DNA of 64,000 nucleotides from an uncultured Candidatus Saccharibacteria bacterium (GTDB lineage Bacteria; Patescibacteriota; Saccharimonadia; CAILAD01; JADZBC01): NCBI GenBank assembly GCA_964413715.1, contig CAYPSN010000001.1, positions 10,613 to 74,612 of the forward strand, read 5' to 3'. Shown piece by piece: positions 57,331 to 64,000 of this stretch (position 1 is its first letter; each line of letters starts with the position of its first letter). The notes under the pieces were generated by a model. It saw only the letters and a program-made list of their open reading frames with translations, ran no database searches and was not told where the DNA came from. The position numbers and the translations under genes were made by a program.

Positions 57331-59115
57331 ATGAAAGAAATCCTGCGCATCATTCGCTACTCCTGGAAACTCTGGCGCTACTATCTGGGTATCGCACTGC
57401 TCGTAATCATAGTTTCCTTGCTGGCATTGGCCACCCCATTTTTAGTAAAAGCTATTGTTGACGCCTTAGTCGCGAATACTGGTGGGGCAACGTATGGTGC
57501 CGCCTACTTTGCGGCCATAATTGGACTAATTTTTGTAACCAATCTGGCCACAACGCTGCTTTCGAACGTAAATGGCTACCTGGGTGACATGATGTCAGTG
57601 AAGCTTAATACGCTCCTAAGCCAGCGTTATTACGACCATCTGCTGTCATTGCCAATTGAATACTACGACAACGAAATGGCCGGTAAGATTACTGCGCGCC
57701 TCGAGCGCAGCATTGGCACCGTGAGTACGCTTATGCAAACGCTCGCTAACAACTTTGCCCAGTTCTTTTTAACGACATTTATTACGCTCGTTTTAATTAG
57801 CTACTACTCTTGGCCGGTCGCCCTGCTGCTTATTGTGATCTTTCCGACGTATATTTACATTACACAGCTATCGAGCAGAGATTGGCAGAAGCGACAGGAA
57901 GGAATTAACCTTGACTTGGACTCGGCGAATGGACGGTTTGTAGAGTCGATCGGTCAAATTCGCGTTGTTAAGTCCTTCGCGACCGAGGCTATAGAGTCAG
58001 CTTTCTTCCGAGGCAAACGAAAGTCAATTGAGCAGCAAACGCAGGGTCAATCTGTGCGTTGGCATAATTACGATGTGGCCCGACGAATTGTGCTTAACAT
58101 TGTGTTTGCGCTGATTTACGGTTTTATTACCTGGCAAGCATTTCGCAAGTCTATTACCCTGGGTGAATTTACCCTCCTTCTACAGCTGGTCAATCAAGCG
58201 CAGATGCCACTGTTTGGTTCGTCGTTTATTGTGGATGCAATTCAGCGCGCCAAAGCTGGTAGCAAGGATTACTTTGCGGTTATGCAGACCGAACCTAGCA
58301 TTGGCGATGAAAAGGGCGCAAAATCACTTAAACTGCGCCAAGCGGCCATTAGTTACAATGACGTTTTTTTTGGGTATAAAGGTGGCAAACAAGTTCTTAA
58401 AAATGTCAGCTTCGAGGTCTTGCCGGGGCAGAAGGTTGCTTTGGTGGGTGAAAGTGGTGAAGGCAAGAGTACCATTGCAAACCTGATGCTGAGATTCTAC
58501 GAGCTGGATGGCGGTTCAATTGCAATTGACGGCAAAAACATTGCCAAAGTTACGCAAGTAAGCCTGCGCAAAAACATCGCTGTTGTGTTTCAGGAGCCAG
58601 CGCTCTTTTCTGGTACTGTGGCCGAAAACATTGCCTACGGTAGTGGCAAAGTATCGCAGCAACAGCTGGAGAAGGCAGCTAAGGCTGCAAATGCCCTTGG
58701 CTTTATTAACAAGCTAGAGAAGGGCTTCGATACGCAGATAGGTGAGCGCGGGGTGCGCTTGTCGGGTGGTCAAAAGCAGCGCATTGCAATAGCGCGCGCT
58801 ATTCTTAAGGACGCGCCAATCTTGATTCTTGATGAGGCTACCAGCTCGCTTGATAGTAAAGCGGAGCGAGAAGTGCAGTCAGCACTCGAAAGGCTCATGA
58901 AAGGTCGCACGACGCTGATTATTGCTCACCGGCTGAGTACGATCGCTAATGTGGATGTGGTGATTGGTCTTAAGGGTGGCGAAATCGCAGAAATTGGCTC
59001 GCCAGCAGAGCTCGCCAAGGGGAACGGTATTTACGCCGAACTCTTGAGCTTGCAATCAGACACACCAAGCAAACAGACCAAGGCTAAGTTAAAGCAATTC
59101 GAAATTATTAAGTAA
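57331..59115 (+). CDS. ABC exporter, fused TMD-NBD (MsbA/MdlB type)
   Basis: 594 aa. 6-TM domain, Walker A GESGEGKST, signature LSGGQKQRIAIARA, Walker B ILILDEATSSLD. Extended -10 TGcTATACT upstream. Confidence 0.85.
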   Translation: MKEILRIIRYSWKLWRYYLGIALLVIIVSLLALATPFLVKAIVDALVANTGGATYGAAYFAAIIGLIFVTNLATTLLSNVNGYLGDMMSVKLNTLLSQRYYDHLLSLPIEYYDNEMAGKITARLERSIGTVSTLMQTLANNFAQFFLTTFITLVLISYYSWPVALLLIVIFPTYIYITQLSSRDWQKRQEGINLDLDSANGRFVESIGQIRVVKSFATEAIESAFFRGKRKSIEQQTQGQSVRWHNYDVARRIVLNIVFALIYGFITWQAFRKSITLGEFTLLLQLVNQAQMPLFGSSFIVDAIQRAKAGSKDYFAVMQTEPSIGDEKGAKSLKLRQAAISYNDVFFGYKGGKQVLKNVSFEVLPGQKVALVGESGEGKSTIANLMLRFYELDGGSIAIDGKNIAKVTQVSLRKNIAVVFQEPALFSGTVAENIAYGSGKVSQQQLEKAAKAANALGFINKLEKGFDTQIGERGVRLSGGQKQRIAIARAILKDAPILILDEATSSLDSKAEREVQSALERLMKGRTTLIIAHRLSTIANVDVVIGLKGGEIAEIGSPAELAKGNGIYAELLSLQSDTPSKQTKAKLKQFEIIK

Positions 59116-59230
59116 GTAGCTTGTCGTAAGGTTGTATTTTCAACTATAATAACAGACATAAGCTTTTATAAATTAGCTCAAAAGTGAGGGTGATATCGCT
59201 AAGAAATTAGCAAGACATGCAGCCGGTACG

Positions 59231-62200
59231 ATGCGACGCGCAGCAGAGCGTGGTCGTGCTGTATTGGTGCGCTCCAAGCTGCCGCATCATGCAAAGAAAG
59301 CCACAGCACTCGTAGCGCTCCATGCTAGGCGGGCTCACGGTGCTACACTCGGAAAGGCGCATGGGCATTTGACCAACAAAGTTCCGGCCTATCGCAAATG
59401 GCATGGCTGGAAACATCATAAGCACGTGCACCACGGGGTATTGGCCACTGTGTTGGTCGCGGCCACATTAAATATCGTACTTTACCGCTCGGCTTTTGCC
59501 CTTTCGGACATCACTCAGTTATGGAACTTTTCTAGTCAGTCTGACTACACACTGTCAGATGCCAATGCATTGGAATATAACGGCAATAGCGTCCGCCTAA
59601 AGACGCAAAACTATACGAATGATGCCAGCACTATGGCCTTGTATCACTTGGATGAATCAAATGGTACATCGGCAACTGACAGTTCGAGCAACGCTAATGC
59701 TGGTACTCTCGCTAATTCTCCGACTTGGGGCACAGGCAATCTTAACAATGCTCTTGCGCTCAACGGCACAAATCAAAGTGTTAGTGCTGCCGATTCAAGC
59801 TCACTTTCGCTTTCTCAAAGCAGTACTCTAGAGGCGTGGACGAAGTTGGGTTCTAGTTTTTCAGCTAATTCGCAGCAGAATGACCAAGTGGTGCTCGACA
59901 AGGGTTCTTACAAGCTTTACTATGATCACGAAACGGGTAAGCCTACCTATGAGCTGGAGAATTCGTCGGCTACGAGCTGGACTCCACAAGCGGGCAATGG
60001 TCAGAATAACAGTTGGAATACATATGGTCCTTCAGCGGCGCGTGCCTCGGTGGTCCATAACAGTAAATTATATGTTGGTGTTGGTGGTAGTACTGGTTAT
60101 GCGCAAGTATGGGAGTATACCGGATCAGTATGGACAAAGGTCGGAGGCGAAGGCGTGAATTCCAGTTGGGCCGCCAATACTTACGAGGATGTCTATGCCC
60201 TCACTACCGACGGAACATATCTATATGCTGGCCTTGGAACAACCGCTGGAGACGCCGAAGTTTGGCGCTACAATGGTTCAAGTTGGACGAAAATTGGTGG
60301 TGATGGCATCAACTCTAGTTGGGCAGCAGCAACATACGAGACTGTATCTGGCCTAAGCTCATACGGCGGGAGCGTGTATGCGGGGCTGGGGAATACATCG
60401 GGCGATGGTGAAGTGTGGCAGTGGAATGGCTCTAGCTGGACCAAAATCGGTGGCGACGGCGTGAACTCAAGTTGGTCTTCGGCAACCATCGTCGGGGTTG
60501 TCTCGATGGCTAACGATGGGTCTAATCTATATGTCGGTACCTCTGGTAACGCTGGTGACGGGGACGTGTGGAAGTGGAATGGCTCGGTATGGAGCCAACT
60601 CGGGGGAGATGGGCTGAGTTCTAGCTGGGCTGCTAGTACCTACGAACAAGTGCCAGCATTGTTTTATCAGGCAGGGTCGTTGTATGCAGGCACAGGCACA
60701 AGTTCAGGTGACGCCGAGGTTTGGAAGTGGAATGGTAGCGCGTGGAGCCGCCTGGCGTATTCTGGTAGTACATTTGCTGCGGCTACCTATGAAGCGGTCT
60801 ATAGCATTACGGGGGACGGTACGAATATCTATGTCGGCACTGGTAATAGCCAAAACGATGGAGATGTTTATAAATACACAGGGTCGGCCTGGTCGCAGAT
60901 TGGTGGCGACGGCCTGAGCTCTGGCTGGACACAAGGCTACTATGTCTTAACCCTCAATTGGTTCAACGGCAAACTATATGCAGATTCCACACAGGCCTCA
61001 AGTGGCGATGTTTTTTATTCGTGGAATGGCTCTGCCTGGACGCGTGAAGCAGGTATGTTCTACGCCGGTACCTGGGGGATGATTAACATAAACGGTGTGC
61101 GTTCTATGACAACCGCCAACGGCAAGCTATATGCTGGTTTAGCAGGAAATTCCAATGCCAGTGTGTTTGAATACACAGGCTCAACTTGGCGGATTATTGG
61201 TGCGCCTGGTCTCAACTCCGCGTGGGGCGTGAGCCAGATCGCTGAAATTAACACCATGACGTCGATGGGTGGGCAGCTTTATATTGGTACGAGTGGAGGA
61301 CAAAATGGTGATGCTGAAGTATGGCGTTGGAACGGAACGAGCTGGAGCCAGGTGGGTGGTGATGGTATAAATTCCAGCTGGAGTGGTGTTACCCGAACTA
61401 CTAGTATGATTTCTGATGGGACCTATCTGTATGCAGGAATTGGGTCAGCCAGCTCTGCCATAGGTGAAGTGTGGCGCTATAACGGAACGAGCTGGACACG
61501 TATTGGCGGCGGCGGCGTGAATAGCGGCTGGAATGCCACCCATCGTATGATTTATTCCATGGCTCTTTATAGGGGTGAGCTCTACATAGGTGGGTATAGC
61601 GCGGCGGTAGCGGCCGGAGATCTCTGGAAGTGGAACGGATCAAGCTGGACGCAGATAGGTGGTGACGGCTTGAACTCTGGCTGGAATTTTACCTCGACAA
61701 CCAATGGAGAAGTCGGTGCATTAGCGGTATATGGCGATAAACTTTATGCTGGTGTGGGTGCGGCAGCGGGAGATGCCTCATTATGGTCGTGGGATGGAGC
61801 TTCCTGGACTAAGGTGGGGGGTGATGACGTTAATGGCAGTTGGGCGACCAGCACCTATGAACGTGTTGGGAGCATGGTTGTATATAATGGTCAGCTCTAT
61901 GCCGGCCTAGGTTCAACTGGCAGTAATGGCGAACTATGGCGCTACAATGGTTCGACTTGGGTGCAAGTTGGTGGTGATAGCCTCAATGGCAGCTGGAGTT
62001 CCTCAATTGAAAGCGTACGCTCTCTAGCGGTCTATAAAGGCAAGCTATTTGCGGGCCTTGGCGACACTCAGAACTCGGATGCTCTCATCTATTCATATGG
62101 TAATAATGGCTTCCTGCAGGGTTCAACTAGCTCATTTGATACATCCTGGCGTCATTTGGCGGCCACGTATGATGGCGCCACTATGAAACTCTACATAAAT

Positions 62201-64000
62201 GGCGTGCTCGACGCGTCGGTCTCCACCTCACTTTCGATACCTGATTTGTCTACCAAATTATATATTGGTCAGTCGCAAGGTTCACAAGGCAGCTCAACCA
62301 ACCATACATTTTTTAATGGTTCGCTCGACGAAATCCGGATTAGCAATACGGCTCGAACGAGCTTTACTACCGCGCCATACACAAGTAGCCGCGTGGGGGT
62401 TCGTTTAAATAGTGCAGTTCATACTGATGGTGTGGCAACGTGGGACGGTTTGGCAAGCAATTATAGTGCAGATGGTGGCAGTGTGCTGTTCAGGCTTTCG
62501 ATAGATGGCGGCACAACATGGAAATACTGGAACTCCAGCGCATGGGCAGATTCGAGCGGGCTCGAACAGGCAAGTTCAATCTCTGACGTGAATACCAATA
62601 TTGCTTCAATCGGCGTTACAAGCGGCGGTGTAGTTTGGCAGGCAGTATTGCAAGGAAACGGCACTCAGCGCCCGTCGATAAGCTCGGTAACACTGACTGC
62701 TACCGCAGATACCACTCCTCCAGGGCAAAACGCCGATAACGTAATTATGAAGTCGGCGCCGAGCGGCAGCACGGTAGCAGAGAGTGCCTGGACGAATGCT
62801 GCCACACCATACTTTAGCTGGGATGCCGCCATCGATACGCAATCCGCCATTACCGCTTACTGTCTCTACCTTGGGCAAAGTGGTAGCGATGATCCGCAGA
62901 CATCCAAAGGGATTTTGGGCACGAGTCCGCTTGATTTGAGTGGTACGTGTCCGTTCGCCGTGTCGGCTCAAGAGGTTGATTTGTCGGCCAATGGAATCTT
63001 GGCTAGTGCGCTCGTGAGCTCGTCGAACCCATACTACCTAAAAATCAAAGCTGTTGATAATGCCGGCAATATTGTCGCGGATAGCAAGCAGTTTGCTTTT
63101 CGCTATGATGGCACGGCTCCGACTAATCCGCTCTTCGTATCTACTCCGTCACAATTCGTAGCCAACAAGGCAGTTACCGTCACCTGGCCAACGGTTGGCG
63201 GTGATGCGGCGCTTGATAATCACTCTGGGGTAGTTGGCTTGCAGTACCGAATCGGTGCCAATGGTACTTGGTATGGCGACAATCACAGTGGAGCACAAGA
63301 CAGTACGGATGTTTTAGCGAACGACGGGAGCTACCAGACTATTGATCCGACTGACTTTGATGCTCTACAAGATGGTAATAATACAATTTACTTCCGTACT
63401 TGGGATGCTGCCGGCAATGTGTCGAATGCGTATGTAACGGGCGTAATAAAAATCAACACATCATCGCCATCTGTGCCTCAGAATCTCGAGGCGACGCCAG
63501 CGTCCAACACGGTCAACAGCTTTGCCTTTAGTTGGCTGGCGCCTGCTAGCTACGGTGGATCGGAGAGTAATCTCACCTACTGCTATACCATCAATACACT
63601 ACCATCGGTAAATACCTGTAGCTTTACTCCTGCTGGCACGACAGTGCTAGCGGCCGGAGCGTACGCTACCCAGCCTGGTCAGAATACAATGTACGTCGTT
63701 GCAAAAGATGAATCCGGCAACATTAACTATGCCACTTACGCATCAACTACGTTTACAGCTAACACCTCCGCTCCTGGAGTACCTCTCAATGCCGACATTG
63801 CGGATATTAGCGTTAAGGCTACCTCGAACTGGAAGCTGGCTATTTCTTGGGAGCAACCAACTGACGTGGGGGCAGGTGTAGCGCAATATCGCGTATTGCG
63901 TTCGCAGGATGATATTAGCTATGCACAGGTTGCCACTACTTCAGGAACGAGCTATGTCGACACAAGCCTAAGCCCTATTCGCTACTACTACAAAGTCAAA
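59231..64000 (+). CDS. giant cell-surface repeat protein, partial (runs off window end). Basic His/Lys-rich cytoplasmic N-tail, one TM, LamG/ConA-like segment, 12 or more ~50-aa Trp-rich repeats, then Ig/FN3-like modules.
   Basis: More than 1590 codons, open to the window end. The ORF track missed it because no stop lies inside the window. TM helix VLATVLVAATLNIVLY. Repeat unit GDxEVWxWNGSSWTxIGGDGxNSSW. LamG-like motif FNGSLDEIRISNTAR. Confidence 0.6.
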   Translation, partial: MRRAAERGRAVLVRSKLPHHAKKATALVALHARRAHGATLGKAHGHLTNKVPAYRKWHGWKHHKHVHHGVLATVLVAATLNIVLYRSAFALSDITQLWNFSSQSDYTLSDANALEYNGNSVRLKTQNYTNDASTMALYHLDESNGTSATDSSSNANAGTLANSPTWGTGNLNNALALNGTNQSVSAADSSSLSLSQSSTLEAWTKLGSSFSANSQQNDQVVLDKGSYKLYYDHETGKPTYELENSSATSWTPQAGNGQNNSWNTYGPSAARASVVHNSKLYVGVGGSTGYAQVWEYTGSVWTKVGGEGVNSSWAANTYEDVYALTTDGTYLYAGLGTTAGDAEVWRYNGSSWTKIGGDGINSSWAAATYETVSGLSSYGGSVYAGLGNTSGDGEVWQWNGSSWTKIGGDGVNSSWSSATIVGVVSMANDGSNLYVGTSGNAGDGDVWKWNGSVWSQLGGDGLSSSWAASTYEQVPALFYQAGSLYAGTGTSSGDAEVWKWNGSAWSRLAYSGSTFAAATYEAVYSITGDGTNIYVGTGNSQNDGDVYKYTGSAWSQIGGDGLSSGWTQGYYVLTLNWFNGKLYADSTQASSGDVFYSWNGSAWTREAGMFYAGTWGMININGVRSMTTANGKLYAGLAGNSNASVFEYTGSTWRIIGAPGLNSAWGVSQIAEINTMTSMGGQLYIGTSGGQNGDAEVWRWNGTSWSQVGGDGINSSWSGVTRTTSMISDGTYLYAGIGSASSAIGEVWRYNGTSWTRIGGGGVNSGWNATHRMIYSMALYRGELYIGGYSAAVAAGDLWKWNGSSWTQIGGDGLNSGWNFTSTTNGEVGALAVYGDKLYAGVGAAAGDASLWSWDGASWTKVGGDDVNGSWATSTYERVGSMVVYNGQLYAGLGSTGSNGELWRYNGSTWVQVGGDSLNGSWSSSIESVRSLAVYKGKLFAGLGDTQNSDALIYSYGNNGFLQGSTSSFDTSWRHLAATYDGATMKLYINGVLDASVSTSLSIPDLSTKLYIGQSQGSQGSSTNHTFFNGSLDEIRISNTARTSFTTAPYTSSRVGVRLNSAVHTDGVATWDGLASNYSADGGSVLFRLSIDGGTTWKYWNSSAWADSSGLEQASSISDVNTNIASIGVTSGGVVWQAVLQGNGTQRPSISSVTLTATADTTPPGQNADNVIMKSAPSGSTVAESAWTNAATPYFSWDAAIDTQSAITAYCLYLGQSGSDDPQTSKGILGTSPLDLSGTCPFAVSAQEVDLSANGILASALVSSSNPYYLKIKAVDNAGNIVADSKQFAFRYDGTAPTNPLFVSTPSQFVANKAVTVTWPTVGGDAALDNHSGVVGLQYRIGANGTWYGDNHSGAQDSTDVLANDGSYQTIDPTDFDALQDGNNTIYFRTWDAAGNVSNAYVTGVIKINTSSPSVPQNLEATPASNTVNSFAFSWLAPASYGGSESNLTYCYTINTLPSVNTCSFTPAGTTVLAAGAYATQPGQNTMYVVAKDESGNINYATYASTTFTANTSAPGVPLNADIADISVKATSNWKLAISWEQPTDVGAGVAQYRVLRSQDDISYAQVATTSGTSYVDTSLSPIRYYYKVK

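Noticed and set aside
59207-59434. 75-aa minus-strand ORF and short plus ORFs (59619-59831, 59880-60158, 60109-60303)
   Set aside because: They overlap the single >1590-codon plus-strand frame of the giant surface protein, which has a coherent domain and repeat structure.

Overview
The window is a dense, mostly housekeeping chromosomal segment at about 48% GC, read with the standard genetic code. Intergenic spacers are short and many neighbouring genes overlap by 4 nt, consistent with translational coupling. Gene content (LCP, Rpf-like, LOG, GGDEF, many small membrane proteins, reduced metabolism) is compatible with a small-genome Gram-positive-like or CPR/Saccharibacteria-type episymbiont; that taxonomic reading is inference only. 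Core genes in order: REC-only response regulator, fmt-def-priA, secDF, recJ, rpsU-yqeY-ybeY-dgkA-adk-map, ftsA-ftsZ-nrdR, pyk, ileS, ftsW, nuclease, trxB, GGDEF, lipase, rplU, parAB, lepB, LCP, htrA, prmC-prfA-rpmE, RecD-like helicase, LOG, a MacB-type ABC pair, hisS, typA, rel, rpf-like, a MsbA-type ABC exporter, and a giant surface protein that runs off the window end. The main hunt result is a 2.3-kb high-GC island at 47.9-50.2 kb. It holds four minus-strand monocistronic cassettes. Each cassette has its own near-consensus AT-rich sigma70-type promoter, a strong SD, and a conserved ~52-bp nested-palindrome repeat immediately 3' of the ORF. Three of the four ORFs have actinobacterial-style GC3 (>80%); the fourth is about 57% GC. 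Two of the four encode stand-alone actinobacterial-type RpoA C-terminal fragments (last alphaNTD strand + linker + alphaCTD). Other observations: a second GC-anomalous singleton gene with odd codon usage (6321-6974); a ~390-nt GC-rich structured ncRNA candidate with a consensus promoter and double-hairpin terminator (56.86-57.26 kb, minus strand); a 27/28-aa tandem-repeat protein right after parAB that contains a perfect 165-bp duplication; a P-loop kinase pseudogene with the trxB promoter embedded in it; a candidate T-box leader upstream of ileS; and an Rpf-like transglycosylase gene.
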